Source: Gammaproteobacteria bacterium
GTDB taxonomy: Bacteria > Pseudomonadota > Gammaproteobacteria > S012-40
Reading direction: 5' to 3'
Assembly: GCA_015487785.1 (NCBI GenBank)
Contig: WFPC01000041.1
Coordinates: 31,592-95,591, forward strand
DNA: 64,000 nucleotides
A program made the translations under genes and the position numbers. Position 1 is the stretch's first letter. The number at the start of each line of letters is the position of its first letter. Shown piece by piece: positions 1 through 11,169 of this stretch. Below the pieces are notes generated by a model, which made no database searches, was not told where the DNA came from, and was given only the letters and a program-made list of their open reading frames with translations.

Positions 1-1072
1 ACATAGAGACAATCGTCACTGTCCTTGCTGCTGATCAAGGCACTGCCATTGGCATCGGTAAAAGCTATCTTGACTGTGTCACCGGAAACCGCATTCACCG
101 CGTCGGTGAGATAATTCACGTTGAAGCCGATGGCAACCTGCTCACCTTGGTAGTCCACCGTTATCTCGTCCCGGGCTTCTTCCTGTTCCGGATTGTTGGC
201 CGAAGCCACCAATACACCGGGGGCAATTTCTATACGAATACCACGGTACTTTTCATTGGAAAGAATGGCTGTCCTGATCAGGCATTGCCGAAGCTCATTT
301 TTGTCGGCATGGACTATCTTGTCGCCATCGCGGGGAATCACCGCCTCATAGTTGGGATATTTGCCATCCACCAGCTTGGTGGTAAAAGTAAGCTCAGGTA
401 ACTCCACGCGGAAAAAATTGTCACCTATGGTGACTTCGGTTTCATCGTCCACGTCTTCAAGCAACCGTGACAATTCCAATACGCCTTTGCGCGGTATGAT
501 GGATTGCTGCGGGATTTCCATCTCCAGTGTCATCTCGCAGGTGCACATGGCCAGGCGATGTCCATCGGTGGCCACGGCACGAATTCTCTCCGGCGTGGTT
601 TCCAGCAACAGGCCGTTGAGATAATAGCGCACATCCTGGGTTGCCATGGCAAAGGCTGTCTTGTCGATGATGTGTTTCAACACCTTCTGGGAAATCTTGA
701 AACTGGATTGGTTGAGGCGAGCCTCGATCAAGGGAAACTCATCGGCGGGCAGGGTGGTGAGACTGAAACGGGTCTTACCCGAGCGGATCTGCGCCTTGTC
801 GTCGGTCATCTCGAAACCCAGCGAAGCTTCTTCCGGCAGGGCCCGGCAGGTATCCTGGAATTTTCTCACCGGAACCGTGGTCTTGCCACCAAGATCCTGA
901 TCCACAGTCGTGCGCACCACGATTTCGGTTTCCAGGTCGGTGGCGGTGAATGTAAGAACCCCTTCGTCCAGGGAAAGCAGAACATTGGACAAAATAGGCA
1001 AGGTCTGCTTTCGCTCTACGACCCCACTGACCAGTTGCAGCGGACGCAAGAGATTTTCCCGCTGGGTGGTGA
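1..1072 (-). CDS. dnaN: DNA polymerase III beta sliding clamp, 3' end running off the window
   Basis: Reverse-complement translation from the ATG at 1070-1072 gives MKFTTQRENLLRPLQLVSGVVERKQTLPILSNVLL, the canonical DnaN N-terminus. It sits downstream of dnaA on the same strand. The ORF is absent from the track only because its stop lies off-window. Confidence 0.85.
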
Positions 1073-1090
1073 ACTTCATCGGTTCTATCC

Positions 1091-1302
1091 TTTATTAATA
1101 ATATCTAAGTATTAAAACTAACTATTATTATTAACTTGTACGTTTTTGTGAACAATTTTAAAAATTGTTTTTATTTCATATTGTTATAGCTTGCTTTCGG
1201 GGCGAAGAAGACGGTAGTTGTTTCTGTATGGCTTGTGGATAACTTGTCTGTAAAAACGCTGGTTTCAAACTCTCTTCTTTTGTCCACAGTTTGTGGACAT
1301 CA
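1091..1302. promoter_or_regulatory. AT-rich DNA-unwinding-element-like tract plus DnaA boxes in the dnaA-dnaN spacer (candidate oriC or DnaA autoregulatory site)
   Basis: Bases 1091-1200 are strongly AT-rich (ttattaataatatctaagtattaaaactaactattattatt...). The complement of a perfect DnaA box TTATCCACA is at 1234-1242 (tgtggataa). A near-consensus inverted box pair ttgtccacag/tttgtggacat at 1280-1301 overlaps the dnaA stop codon. Confidence 0.5.
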
Positions 1303-2670
1303 ACTACTCAGTATTCTTAACAGGTTGTTGTAGTCTTCGTCGATCTTGCTATCGGATTGCTTCAATTGTTTTATTTTCCTGCATGCATGAAGTACCGTGG
1401 TATGGTCCCGTCCGCCAAAGGCCTGGCCGATTTCGGGCAGGCTGTGATTGGTCAGTTCCTTGGCCAGGGCCATGGCCATCTGGCGAGGACGGGCCACGGA
1501 ACGTGATCGGCTCTTGGACAACAGGTCGCTACGGCGGATATTGAAATATTCTGCCACGATTTTCTGGATGTTTTCGATGGTGACCAGTTTGTCTTGCGAT
1601 GCCAACAGGTCGCGCAAGGCCTCACGGGTGAAATCCACGGTGATGGCACTGTTGGTGAAGCCCGCATGGGCCACTACTCGTCGCAGGGCACCTTCCAGTT
1701 CGCGGATATTGGAACGGATCTTCTTGGCGATGAAATAGGCCACTTCATCGGGTACTTTCATGTCCAGTGACTGGACCTTGCTCATGAGTATGGCCACCCG
1801 GGTCTCGAAATCCGGTGGTTCTATGGCTACTGTCAGGCCCCACCCGAAGCGGGACTTGAGCCTTTCTTCCAGGCCGTTGACTTCCTTTGGGAAGCGGTCA
1901 CAGGTGAGCACCACTTGCTGTTGGCCTTCGAGCAGGGCATTGAAGGTGTGGAAGAATTCTTCCTGGGATCGCTCTTTGCCGGCAAAGAACTGGATGTCAT
2001 CGATGAGCAAGACATTCAGCGAGCGATAATGGTTCTTGAAACGGTTGATGGCGTTTTGTTGCAGGGCCTTGACCATATCCTGGACGAATTTTTCCGAATG
2101 CAGGTAGGCGGCCTTGGCGCGGGGATTTTGCGCGATGATGGCATTGCCGATGGCGTGCATCAAATGGGTCTTGCCCAGACCAACGCCACCGTAGATGAAC
2201 AAGGGGTTGTAGGAACCCCCGGGATTCTCGGCTACCTGGGCGGCGGCGGCACGGGCGAGTTGGTTGGATTTGCCCTCGACGAAGTTGCCGAAGGTGAACG
2301 CAGGATTGAGTGAACGGTTCTGGATCACGCTGGGCACGTCGTCTCGTCGTCGGCCCCTGGGTGTGGCGGGGCCGTTGTGGCGATCGTGGGTCGTCGTATT
2401 TGCCGATGCTGATCGGTCGTTGGTCGTTTTTGTTGGTTTTCCTATCTCGATAACGACAGATCGAGAATTTTGACGACAAATCGCTTCTATTTTATCCAGA
2501 AAGCGACTGGATACCCACTCCAGCACGAAACGGTTGGGGGCCAGGATGCGCAGTTCCGCTGCCGCTTCGTCGTCGATGGCGGTGAGCGGTCGGATCCAAG
2601 TATTGTATTGCTGGGCGGAAAGTTCGCTTTCCAGGCAATCGAGGCACTTGTTCCAGAGAGAGTCGGGCAC
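1300..2670 (-). CDS. dnaA: Chromosomal replication initiator DnaA (GTG start)
   Basis: The 456-aa product begins [29 protein letters not shown] (compare E. coli MSLSLWQQCLARL...). It carries the AAA+ Walker A motif [13 protein letters not shown] and a C-terminal DnaA-box-binding helix-turn-helix. The start codon at 2668-2670 is the complement of GTG. Confidence 0.95.
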   Translation of the reverse strand: MPDSLWNKCLDCLESELSAQQYNTWIRPLTAIDDEAAAELRILAPNRFVLEWVSSRFLDKIEAICRQNSRSVVIEIGKPTKTTNDRSASANTTTHDRHNGPATPRGRRRDDVPSVIQNRSLNPAFTFGNFVEGKSNQLARAAAAQVAENPGGSYNPLFIYGGVGLGKTHLMHAIGNAIIAQNPRAKAAYLHSEKFVQDMVKALQQNAINRFKNHYRSLNVLLIDDIQFFAGKERSQEEFFHTFNALLEGQQQVVLTCDRFPKEVNGLEERLKSRFGWGLTVAIEPPDFETRVAILMSKVQSLDMKVPDEVAYFIAKKIRSNIRELEGALRRVVAHAGFTNSAITVDFTREALRDLLASQDKLVTIENIQKIVAEYFNIRRSDLLSKSRSRSVARPRQMAMALAKELTNHSLPEIGQAFGGRDHTTVLHACRKIKQLKQSDSKIDEDYNNLLRILSS

Positions 2671-2830
2671 GGTGATTCTTGCGGGTTTACCGGTAACAGT
2701 GAGCGTTCCAGTTTAGCTTCGGCGCCTATTCTAATCCAATGCTTTGTGGCCGGGTTAACACAATTTTTTTTATTGACATTCACAGGGCTCATGCGTATCT
2801 TTTAGCGCCTTTTTAGATAGCGGAAAGCAC

Positions 2831-2965
2831 GATGAAAAGAACGTTTCAACCAAGCAATCTCAAGCGCAAGCGCACCCATGGCTTTCGTGCACGCATGAGT
2901 ACCAAGTCTGGCCGCCAGATTCTCAATGCGCGTCGCTCGCGTGGCCGGGCGCGGCTTTCTGCCTG
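2831..2965 (+). CDS. rpmH: 50S ribosomal protein L34
   Basis: The 44-aa [47 protein letters not shown] is the universal L34 sequence. It is shorter than the 60-aa track cutoff, so it was translated by hand. Confidence 0.9.
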
Positions 2966-3033
2966 AGACGAGGTGCATAGACCCAGCGGTCGCCGGGCGT
3001 GGTTGCGGGTTTTTCCAGAACTCGAACACGATC

Positions 3034-3396
3034 TTGTTAACGGGTGAATTTCGCTTCGGCAAGGATTCTCGTCTGCTCAAACCGGCGGATTTCCGCCGGG
3101 TTTTTCAGCAAGCCGTCAAAATCCATGGGGCGGGTTTCACCCTGTTTGCCCGGCGCAATGAATTGGGTCGAGCCAGGCTGGGGATGGCCGTGGGCAGGAA
3201 AGCCGTGCGGCGGGCGGTGGACAGAAACCGTATTCGGCGGCTGGTGCGCGAGAGTTTCCGTCATCATAAAAACGATTTATCATCGCTCGATATCGTGTTC
3301 TTGGCCCGAAGGGAGATACTGGCTCATTCCGGGACGATGCTCAACAAGCAATTGAATCTGGCCTGGAAGCGCCTGGAAAAACGATGCGCAAGCTGA
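3034..3396 (+). CDS. rnpA: RNase P protein component (start uncertain; the TTG at 3034 or the ATG at 2926 overlapping rpmH)
   Basis: The product has the RnpA signature ...[14 protein letters not shown]...[32 protein letters not shown], which aligns with E. coli RnpA. It lies between rpmH and yidD as expected. The N-terminal boundary is judged by alignment length only. Confidence 0.75.
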   Translation: MLTGEFRFGKDSRLLKPADFRRVFQQAVKIHGAGFTLFARRNELGRARLGMAVGRKAVRRAVDRNRIRRLVRESFRHHKNDLSSLDIVFLARREILAHSGTMLNKQLNLAWKRLEKRCAS

Positions 3397-3632
3397 TAAC
3401 CGGCCCCATCTGGGTCTATCGTTATTTCATCAGCCCTTTTCTCGGCAACAATTGCCGGTATTATCCCTCTTGTTCCGCCTATGCCCAGGAAGCGGTAGAG
3501 AAACACGGCGTGTTGCGCGGCGGCTGGCTGTCGCTCAGGCGCATCAGCCGTTGTCACCCTTGGCACGAGGGTGGTTATGATCCGGTTCCCGAACAGAGTG
3601 AAAACAAAAGATCATGGAAAACCAACGATTAA
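3384..3632 (+). CDS. yidD: Membrane protein insertion efficiency factor YidD
   Basis: The 82-aa product contains the YidD signature [31 protein letters not shown]. It overlaps the rnpA stop and the yidC start. Confidence 0.85.
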   Translation: MRKLITGPIWVYRYFISPFLGNNCRYYPSCSAYAQEAVEKHGVLRGGWLSLRRISRCHPWHEGGYDPVPEQSENKRSWKTND

Positions 3633-5314
3633 TCCTCTTTCTTGCGCTGAGCCTGGTGATCTTGTTCCTGTGGGAGGCCTGGCAGGAAAAGCAGGCGCCG
3701 CAACAGGATGTTGTGGCCCAGCAGACAATGGCCCAGCCGGAGTTGCCCGGTGAAGTGGCCGTTGCCCCGGCGCCGGCCGAAGTCCCCGCCGATTCCCGTG
3801 ATCTGCCCGAGGCGGCACCGGCCGAGCCGGTGGTACCGGCAGCGGAGAAGGAGCGCAAGGCGGTGAAAAAAGCCGCGCTCGGCAGCAAACAGCGCATTCG
3901 CGTGGTGACCGATGTGCTGGACGTGGATATCGACACTCTGGGCGGCGATCTGCGCCGGGCCTACCTGGAAGAGTTTCCGGTCAGTCCCGACAAGCCGGAC
4001 GAGGCCTATCCGTTGATGGACGATCGCCTGCCCCAGCTTTTCATCGCCCAGTCGGGCTTGTTGGCCAATGGTCCGGCGCCGGATCACTATGCGGTGTATC
4101 GGGCGGAGAAGACGGAATATGTTCTGCCGCCCGGCCAGGATGAACTCAAGGTGCCCCTGACCTGGACCAGTCCCGAGGGGATTACGGTTACCAAGATCTA
4201 TACTTTCCGTCGCGGAGATTATTTGATTCGGCTGGATCACCAGGTCTCCAACCAGTCCCAGCAAGAGTGGAACGGGCGTCTGTATCGCCAGTTCCAGCGC
4301 ACCGAATACGACGAAGTAGGCAAGTCCCGCTTGTTGTACACCTTCACTGGTGGAGCAGTGTCCACTCCCAGCAAGCCCTATGAGAAGATTCCTTTCGAGG
4401 ACATGGCCGATTGGCGACCCGAGCAGAGTTATGTGAAAGGTGGCTGGGTGGCCATGTTGCAGCATTATTTCGTGGCAGCCTGGATTGCCGGCAAGGACGA
4501 GGTAAACCATTTCTATACCCGTTCGGTCAACAACGAGCGTTATATTCTCGGCATGACTGGCAAGGAAGTGAGTGTTGCCCCCGGGGAGAATTATGATTTT
4601 GTGGCCGAACTCTATGTAGGTCCCAAGGATCAGGACAGGCTGGCGCAGATCGAGCCCAATCTGCGTCTCACGGTGGACTACGGCATGCTGAGCTTCATTG
4701 CCCAGCCGCTGTTCTGGTTGTTGCAGACCATCCACGCTTTCGTGGGCAATTGGGGTTGGGCCATCGTGATCCTGACCTTCCTGATCAAGCTGGCCTTCTA
4801 TCCCTTGTCGGCGGCCAGTTACCGTTCCATGGCCAACATGCGCAAGCTGGCGCCCAAGTTCCAGGCCATTCGTGAACGTTATGGCGACGATCGCCAGCGC
4901 ATGACCCAGGCCACCATGGAGCTGTACAAGAAGGAAAAGATCAACCCCATGAGCGGTTGCTGGCCCATGCTGGTGCAGATCCCGGTGTTCATCGCTCTCT
5001 ACTGGGTGTTGCTCGAGAGCGTGGAATTGCGCCAGGCTGAATTCATTCTGTGGATCAAGGATTTGTCGGCCAAGGACCCGTATTATGTACTGCCCCTGTT
5101 GATGGGCGCGTCCATGTATGTGCAGCAGAAGCTGAGCCACAACCCGTCCATCGATCCCATGCAGCAGAAGATCCTGCAGTTTCTGCCCATTGTCTTCACC
5201 CTGTTCTTCATGCTGTTTCCGGCGGGACTGGTGTTGTACTGGGTGGTCAACAATATCCTTTCCATCCTGCAGCAATGGTATATCACCCGCAAGATCGAAC
5301 AGGCCGGCCGCTGA
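3614..5314 (+). CDS. yidC: Membrane protein insertase YidC
   Basis: The 566-aa product has an N-terminal TM segment, a large periplasmic domain and a C-terminal 5-TM core ([55 protein letters not shown]). It sits downstream of rnpA-yidD. Confidence 0.95.
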   Translation: MENQRLILFLALSLVILFLWEAWQEKQAPQQDVVAQQTMAQPELPGEVAVAPAPAEVPADSRDLPEAAPAEPVVPAAEKERKAVKKAALGSKQRIRVVTDVLDVDIDTLGGDLRRAYLEEFPVSPDKPDEAYPLMDDRLPQLFIAQSGLLANGPAPDHYAVYRAEKTEYVLPPGQDELKVPLTWTSPEGITVTKIYTFRRGDYLIRLDHQVSNQSQQEWNGRLYRQFQRTEYDEVGKSRLLYTFTGGAVSTPSKPYEKIPFEDMADWRPEQSYVKGGWVAMLQHYFVAAWIAGKDEVNHFYTRSVNNERYILGMTGKEVSVAPGENYDFVAELYVGPKDQDRLAQIEPNLRLTVDYGMLSFIAQPLFWLLQTIHAFVGNWGWAIVILTFLIKLAFYPLSAASYRSMANMRKLAPKFQAIRERYGDDRQRMTQATMELYKKEKINPMSGCWPMLVQIPVFIALYWVLLESVELRQAEFILWIKDLSAKDPYYVLPLLMGASMYVQQKLSHNPSIDPMQQKILQFLPIVFTLFFMLFPAGLVLYWVVNNILSILQQWYITRKIEQAGR

Positions 5315-6678
5315 CGGCGGCCGGTCCTGGGGATGATGGCGACACCATAGCTGCGCAGGCCACGCCCCCGGGACGCGGGGGCGTGGGCATCATCCGGGTA
5401 TCCGGTCCACGGGCCGGTGCCATTGCCCGCGCCGTCACCGGCAAGGAACTTTCTCCACGGCAGGCCGAGTACCTGCCGTTTTTCGATTCTGGCGGCGAGG
5501 TGCTGGATCAGGGCATTGCCCTGTTTTTCGCTGGCCCCCATTCCTTCACCGGTGAGGACGTGCTGGAGTTGCAGGGTCACGGTGGGCCGGTAATCATGGA
5601 CATGCTGCTGCGCCGGGTGCAGGAGCTGGGGGCCCGCATGGCGCGGCCGGGTGAATTTTCCCTGCGAGCCTTTCTCAACGACAAACTGGATCTGGCCCAG
5701 GCCGAGGCCATTGCCGATCTCATCGACAGCAGTACCGAGGCGGCGGCGCGCTCGGCGCTAAAGTCCCTGCGTGGCGAGTTTTCCCGGCGCATAGAGGCTT
5801 TGCTGGAGCAGTTGATCGAATTGCGCGTGTTCGTGGAGTCGGCGATCGATTTTCCCGAAGAGGAAATCGATTTTCTCGCCGATCCCCAGTTGCGCCAGCG
5901 GCTGGATCGATTGGCAAACTCGCTGCAGGACGTGCTGGCCGCCGCCGGTCAGGGTTGCCTGCTCAGGGAAGGCATGAACCTGGTGATCCTGGGACGGCCC
6001 AATGCCGGCAAGTCCAGCCTGCTCAACCGCCTGGCCGGGCGTGACAGCGCCATCGTCACCGCAGTTCCCGGCACCACGCGGGATGTATTGCGCGAGCAGA
6101 TCCAGCTCGACGGCATGCCGGTCAATGTGATCGACACCGCCGGCCTGCGCGACAGCGGTGACGAGGTGGAACGAGAGGGCATGCGCCGGGCCTGGGAGGA
6201 AGTCGGCCGGGCCGATCGTGTGTTGCTGGTATTCGACGACAGCACGGGTTTCGGTACTCAGGAAAAAGCCATTCTGCGACGACTGCCGGCCGGCCTGGAG
6301 GTTACCCTGGTACGCAACAAGATCGATCTCAGCGGTGGTGACAGCCGCTGGCGGCAAACCGACCACGGTCCCAGTATCGGTATCAGCGCCAGGGAGGGCT
6401 TGGGGCTGGATGTGCTGAAGGCGCATCTCAAGCAGGTCATGGGTTACCAGGGCAGTGGCGACAATGTGTTCATGGCGCGAAGACGCCATGTGGAAGCGCT
6501 GGAGCGGGCCCGCGCGGCGGTGGAACGCGGCCGCCGGCAACTGGTCGAACACGGCGCCGGCGAGTTGCTGGCGGAAGAGTTGCGTCAGGCCCAGCAGGCG
6601 CTCAACGAAATCACCGGCGAGTTCGACAACGAAGCCTTGCTGGGGCGTATTTTTGCATCCTTTTGCATCGGGAAATAA
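5275..6678 (+). CDS. mnmE: tRNA modification GTPase MnmE/TrmE (start taken as the ATG at 5275, which overlaps the yidC 3' end by 40 nt)
   Basis: The product contains [23 protein letters not shown]...[16 protein letters not shown], then the G-domain [13 protein letters not shown] / DTAGLR, and the C-terminal tetrapeptide CIGK. It aligns along the E. coli MnmE sequence. Confidence 0.9.
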   Translation: MVYHPQDRTGRPLTAAGPGDDGDTIAAQATPPGRGGVGIIRVSGPRAGAIARAVTGKELSPRQAEYLPFFDSGGEVLDQGIALFFAGPHSFTGEDVLELQGHGGPVIMDMLLRRVQELGARMARPGEFSLRAFLNDKLDLAQAEAIADLIDSSTEAAARSALKSLRGEFSRRIEALLEQLIELRVFVESAIDFPEEEIDFLADPQLRQRLDRLANSLQDVLAAAGQGCLLREGMNLVILGRPNAGKSSLLNRLAGRDSAIVTAVPGTTRDVLREQIQLDGMPVNVIDTAGLRDSGDEVEREGMRRAWEEVGRADRVLLVFDDSTGFGTQEKAILRRLPAGLEVTLVRNKIDLSGGDSRWRQTDHGPSIGISAREGLGLDVLKAHLKQVMGYQGSGDNVFMARRRHVEALERARAAVERGRRQLVEHGAGELLAEELRQAQQALNEITGEFDNEALLGRIFASFCIGK

Positions 6679-6680
6679 AC

Positions 6681-8564
6681 ATGTTCTATCAACAGCGTTT
6701 CGATGTCATCGTGGTGGGTGGCGGCCATGCCGGTACCGAGGCGGCCCTGGCCGCGGCCCGCATGGGCCGGCGCACCCTGCTGTTGACCCACAATATCGAA
6801 ACCCTGGGCCAGATGAGCTGTAACCCGGCCATTGGCGGCATAGGCAAGGGCCATCTGGTGAAAGAGGTGGATGCCCTCGATGGCATCATGGCGCGGGCAG
6901 CCGACCGTGCCGGTATCCAGTTTCGCATCCTCAATGCCCGCAAGGGTCCGGCAGTACGTGCCACCCGGGCCCAGTGTGACCGGGTGTTGTACAAGGCCGC
7001 AGTGCGCGCGGCGCTGGAGAACCAACCCAACCTCAGCCTGTTTCAGCAGGCGGTGGACGATCTGTTGGTGGAGAATGGCCGGGTCAGTGGCGTGATCACC
7101 CAGATGGGCTTGAAATTCGCCGCCCCGACGGTGGTACTGACAGTGGGTACTTTCCTCGGTGGCAAGATCCACATCGGCCTGGAGAATTACGCCGGTGGTC
7201 GTGCCGGCGACCCGCCGGCCAATGCCCTGGCCCGGCGTCTGCGTGAACTGCCCTTCACGGTGGAGCGGCTCAAGACCGGTACCCCGCCGCGCATCGATGG
7301 CCGCAGCATAAACTACAGCCGCCTGCAGGTTCAGCCGGGCGACGAACCCACGCCGGTGTTTTCCTACCTGGGCCGGCGCGAGGAACATCCACGCCAGGTC
7401 AATTGTTACATCACCGCCACCAATGCCCGTACCCACGACATCATCCGCGAAGGCCTGTCACGCTCGCCCATGTACACCGGGGTCATCGAGGGGGTGGGGC
7501 CACGCTATTGCCCCTCGGTGGAAGACAAGGTGATGCGTTTTGCCGACAAGGACTCCCACCAGATCTTCGTGGAACCCGAGGGTCTGGAAACCCACGAGGT
7601 CTATCCCAATGGCATCTCCACCAGTCTGCCTTTCGATGTCCAGTATCGTCTGGTGCGCAGCATTGCCGGTTTCGAGCAAGCCCACATTATTCGTCCCGGC
7701 TATGCCATCGAATACGATTTTTTCGACCCTCGCGATCTCAAGCCCTCGCTGGAGACCAAGCACATCGGCGGCCTCTATTTCGCCGGCCAGATCAACGGTA
7801 CCACCGGCTACGAGGAGGCCGCGGCCCAGGGGCTGATCGCCGGGCTCAACGCCGCCCTGCAGGTGAAGGATGAGGAACCCTGGTCGCCGGGCCGGGAACA
7901 GGCCTATATGGGCGTATTGATAGACGACCTCATCACCCGTGGCACCCAGGAACCCTATCGCATGTTCACCAGCCGCGCGGAATACCGCCTGCTGTTGCGT
8001 GAGGACAATGCCGATGAGCGCCTTACCGAGATCGGTTATCGCCTGGGGCTGGTGTCGGAGAGCCGCTGGCAGGCCTGGCAGCAAAAGCGCGAGGCCATCG
8101 AGCGCGAGGAACAGCGTCTGCGGGCCACCTGGCTGCATCCGCAGACTCCGGCGGCCCAACGCCTGGAAACCCTGCTGGGCCAGCCGCTGACGCGCGAGGC
8201 CAGCCTCATGGATTTGTTGCGCCGGCCGGAGATGAGTTATTCCAAGCTGATGGCGTTGGAACAGGCTGGCCCAGCCGTCGACCAGGCCCAGGTAGCCGAA
8301 CAGGTGGAGATTCGCGCCAAGTACGCCGGTTACATCGAGCGCCAGAAGAACGAAATCGAACGCAACCGGCGCCAGGCCGACACGCCCATCCCGCAACATC
8401 TGGACTATGACCAGGTTGCCGGCTTGTCGGCGGAAGTCAGGCAAAAACTGCAACGGGTCAGACCCGCCACCATCGAGCAAGCGGGACGCATACCCGGCGT
8501 GACCCCGGCGGCCATTTCCCTGCTCCTGGTGCATCTCAAGCGCCTGCGCGCGGCGGGCTCGTGA
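6681..8564 (+). CDS. mnmG: tRNA uridine 5-carboxymethylaminomethyl modification enzyme MnmG/GidA
   Basis: [68 protein letters not shown] is nearly identical to the E. coli MnmG N-terminus. The product is 627 aa. Confidence 0.95.
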   Translation: MFYQQRFDVIVVGGGHAGTEAALAAARMGRRTLLLTHNIETLGQMSCNPAIGGIGKGHLVKEVDALDGIMARAADRAGIQFRILNARKGPAVRATRAQCDRVLYKAAVRAALENQPNLSLFQQAVDDLLVENGRVSGVITQMGLKFAAPTVVLTVGTFLGGKIHIGLENYAGGRAGDPPANALARRLRELPFTVERLKTGTPPRIDGRSINYSRLQVQPGDEPTPVFSYLGRREEHPRQVNCYITATNARTHDIIREGLSRSPMYTGVIEGVGPRYCPSVEDKVMRFADKDSHQIFVEPEGLETHEVYPNGISTSLPFDVQYRLVRSIAGFEQAHIIRPGYAIEYDFFDPRDLKPSLETKHIGGLYFAGQINGTTGYEEAAAQGLIAGLNAALQVKDEEPWSPGREQAYMGVLIDDLITRGTQEPYRMFTSRAEYRLLLREDNADERLTEIGYRLGLVSESRWQAWQQKREAIEREEQRLRATWLHPQTPAAQRLETLLGQPLTREASLMDLLRRPEMSYSKLMALEQAGPAVDQAQVAEQVEIRAKYAGYIERQKNEIERNRRQADTPIPQHLDYDQVAGLSAEVRQKLQRVRPATIEQAGRIPGVTPAAISLLLVHLKRLRAAGS

Positions 8565-9184
8565 TGCAGGACCGCTTGCAGACCCTGCTCATCCGTTTGG
8601 GAATCGATGCCGGCGCCGAGGCGCCTCGGCGCCTGGTCCGTTTCGTGGGACTGCTGCAGAAATGGAACCGGGTCTACAATCTGGTGGGCAAGTCCTCCAG
8701 CGAGGAAATCCTCAGCCTGCACCTGGCCGACAGTCTGAGCATCCACTCCCACCTGGTCGGGCAACGCATCGCCGATGTGGGCACCGGCGCCGGTTTTCCC
8801 GGCCTGGTTCTGGCCATGGTGGATCCCGCGCGGCACTATACCCTGATCGACAGCAACAACAAGAAAACCCGTTTTCTCACCCAGGCCGTGATCGAACTGG
8901 GGCTGGACAACGTGGCCATCTACAATGGCCGCTGCCAGGATCTGGGTCATTGCGGTGAGTTCGACAGTGTCACCGCGCGCGCCTTCGCGCCCCTGCCGGA
9001 AGCGGTCGCCCGGCTCCGGCCCCTGCTGGCGCCCGGCGGCCGCCTGTTGCTGATGAAGGCGCGCCAGGCGCGCCAAGAGCTGGAGCAATTGCGCGGCGAT
9101 TATGATAAAAAGATCGTCCGGCTCGAGGTGCCCGGTCTGCGGGCCGAGCGCAACCTCGTCATCGTGCAACCCGAGCAGTCTTAG
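8561..9184 (+). CDS. rsmG: 16S rRNA (guanine527-N7)-methyltransferase RsmG/GidB
   Basis: The 207-aa product has a SAM-binding motif ([13 protein letters not shown]). It follows mnmG with a 4-nt overlap. Confidence 0.9.
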   Translation: MMQDRLQTLLIRLGIDAGAEAPRRLVRFVGLLQKWNRVYNLVGKSSSEEILSLHLADSLSIHSHLVGQRIADVGTGAGFPGLVLAMVDPARHYTLIDSNNKKTRFLTQAVIELGLDNVAIYNGRCQDLGHCGEFDSVTARAFAPLPEAVARLRPLLAPGGRLLLMKARQARQELEQLRGDYDKKIVRLEVPGLRAERNLVIVQPEQS

Positions 9185-9186
9185 CG

Positions 9187-9981
9187 ATGGAGAACCACAT
9201 GGCACGCGTGATCGCCATAGCCAACCAGAAAGGGGGCGTGGGCAAGACCACCACCACCGTCAACCTGGGCGCCTCCCTGGCCGCCACCAAGCGGCGGGTG
9301 ATGCTGATCGACCTCGATCCCCAAGGCAATGCCACCATGGGCAGCGGAGTGGACAAACACCAGGTGGAACGCAGCAGCTACGACGTGCTGGTGGAAAACC
9401 TGCCCTTGACCGAGGCGCTGGAATACTCCGAGACCGCCGGTTTCCACGTCTTGCCCAGCAATGCCGATCTCACCGCGGCCGAAGTCCACCTGCTGGAGCT
9501 GGACGATCGCGAGCTGCGCCTGCGTCGGGCCCTGGCTGCGGTGAGAGAGAATTTCGACTACATCCTCATCGATTGTCCACCCTCGCTGAACATGCTCACG
9601 GTCAATGCCCTGGCCGCGGCCCAGTCGGTGATGATTCCCATGCAGTGCGAATACTATGCCCTGGAAGGACTCTCGGCATTGATGAACACCATCGAATCCA
9701 TCCGTGCCCGGCTCAACCCGCAACTGGAGATCGAAGGCCTGTTGCGCACCATGTATGATCCGCGCAACAAGCTTTCCGGGCAGGTCACCGAACAACTGGA
9801 AAAATACTTTGGCGACAAGGTCTACCAGACCATCATCCCGCGCAACATCCGCCTGGCCGAAGCGCCCAGCCACGGCCTGCCGGCCCTGCACTACGACAAG
9901 TTCTCGCGCGGGGCCAAGGCCTATCTGGCCCTGGCCGGTGAAATTCTGCGGCGGGATGAGCAATTGGTGAGCGCTCACTGA
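9187..9981 (+). CDS. parA: Chromosome partitioning ATPase ParA/Soj
   Basis: The product contains the deviant Walker A motif IANQKGGVGKTTTTVNLGASLA. It follows rsmG. Confidence 0.9.
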   Translation: MENHMARVIAIANQKGGVGKTTTTVNLGASLAATKRRVMLIDLDPQGNATMGSGVDKHQVERSSYDVLVENLPLTEALEYSETAGFHVLPSNADLTAAEVHLLELDDRELRLRRALAAVRENFDYILIDCPPSLNMLTVNALAAAQSVMIPMQCEYYALEGLSALMNTIESIRARLNPQLEIEGLLRTMYDPRNKLSGQVTEQLEKYFGDKVYQTIIPRNIRLAEAPSHGLPALHYDKFSRGAKAYLALAGEILRRDEQLVSAH

Positions 9982-10025
9982 CCAAACGACAACGACGTGT
10001 CGCACAAGAACCACGGGGAGAATCC

Positions 10026-10892
10026 ATGAGTAAGAAACGCGGCCTGGGCCGAGGTCTGGACGCCTTGCTGAGCAGCAAGACCAGCGTTGCCGCCAGCGAG
10101 CCGGCCGGCGTCGACGGCGAGCTGCGGGAGCTGGACATCGACTTGATCCAGCGAGGCAAATACCAACCTCGCATCGACATGCACCCGCAAGCATTGGAAG
10201 AACTGGCGGACTCCATTCGTGCCCAGGGTGTGGTGCAGCCCATCGTGGTGCGTCCCATCGGGGGGGGGCGCTACGAGATCATCGCCGGCGAACGCCGCTG
10301 GCGGGCCTCGCAACTGGCGGGCAGGCAAAGCATCCCGGCGTTGATCCGCGAAGTGCCCGACGAGGCGGCCATGGCCATGGCCCTGATCGAGAACATCCAG
10401 CGCGAGGAACTCAATCCCATGGAGGAGGCCACAGCCCTGCAACGCCTGGTGGATGAGTTCGGCATGACCCACCAGCAGGCCGCCGAGGCGGTGGGGCGCT
10501 CACGGGCGGCGGTGAGCAACTTGCTGCGCCTGCTCACCCTCGGCGAAGAGGTCAAGCGCCTGCTCAGCAACGGCGATCTGGAAATGGGACATGCCCGGGC
10601 CCTGTTGGGGCTGAATGGTGAAACCCAGCTCGAAGCCGCCCGCACGGTGGCGGCCAAGGGCTTGTCGGTGCGGGAAACCGAACGCCTGGTCAAGCGTCTG
10701 CAGGAACAAACAGCCTCGCACACGACGCAGCGCACACAGGACGATCCCGACATCCGTCGTCTGCAGGATGAACTCGCGGCCAAGCTGGGGGCGGCGGTGA
10801 AGATCCATTATTCCGCCAGCGGCAAGGGCCGGCTGGAAATCCGCTACAACAACCTCGACGAACTGGAGGGTATTCTGGCCCATATCAAGTGA
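10026..10892 (+). CDS. parB: Chromosome partitioning protein ParB/Spo0J
   Basis: The product has the ParB box IENIQREELNPMEEA and a helix-turn-helix. It lies downstream of parA. Confidence 0.9.
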   Translation: MSKKRGLGRGLDALLSSKTSVAASEPAGVDGELRELDIDLIQRGKYQPRIDMHPQALEELADSIRAQGVVQPIVVRPIGGGRYEIIAGERRWRASQLAGRQSIPALIREVPDEAAMAMALIENIQREELNPMEEATALQRLVDEFGMTHQQAAEAVGRSRAAVSNLLRLLTLGEEVKRLLSNGDLEMGHARALLGLNGETQLEAARTVAAKGLSVRETERLVKRLQEQTASHTTQRTQDDPDIRRLQDELAAKLGAAVKIHYSASGKGRLEIRYNNLDELEGILAHIK

Positions 10893-10931
10893 GCGTCGGT
10901 ATGCTTGCGGCTCTATTAGCGGCAGGTTATA

Positions 10932-11168
10932 ATGCCGCCGCTTTTTGGCATGGATTTTTTGATGGCTCAGCCGGAAAAATCGGGGGTTCTACTCATCGGT
11001 GTGGGCAGTATTCTCACGTCGATGGTGGTTGCGGGCTTTCTTCTGGGCTATGCGACCGATGCATGGTTGGGCACTACCCCCTTGTTTTTGTTGTCTTTCG
11101 GTTGTCTTGGTCTGATCGGCGGCAGCCTGAAAGCCTATAAACTACTGAGCCATCCGGATTTGAATTGA
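10932..11168 (+). CDS. AtpZ/ATPase_gene1-family small 2-TM protein encoded upstream of atpI
   Basis: The 78-aa product reads ...PEKSGVLLIGVGSILTSMVVAGFLLGYATDAWLGTTPLFLLSFGCLGLIGGSLKAYKLL. This matches the recalled pattern of AtpZ-like proteins found ahead of some atp operons. The overlapping ORF 10889-11140 in another frame is rejected. Confidence 0.6.
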   Translation: MPPLFGMDFLMAQPEKSGVLLIGVGSILTSMVVAGFLLGYATDAWLGTTPLFLLSFGCLGLIGGSLKAYKLLSHPDLN

Positions 11169-11169
11169 T

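Noticed and set aside
3629-5275. 548-aa ORF antisense to yidC
   Set aside because: Its composition is R/G/H/Q/L-rich and of low complexity, typical of a spurious high-GC antisense frame. The opposite strand encodes an unambiguous YidC.
9982-10025. Possible parS in the parA-parB spacer
   Set aside because: No match to the TGTTTCACGTGAAACA-type palindrome was seen there. No convincing parS was found by eye elsewhere in the window.
10889-11140. 83-aa ORF overlapping the AtpZ-like gene in another frame
   Set aside because: It is G/C/S/H-rich with no membrane character. The alternative frame matches the AtpZ pattern.
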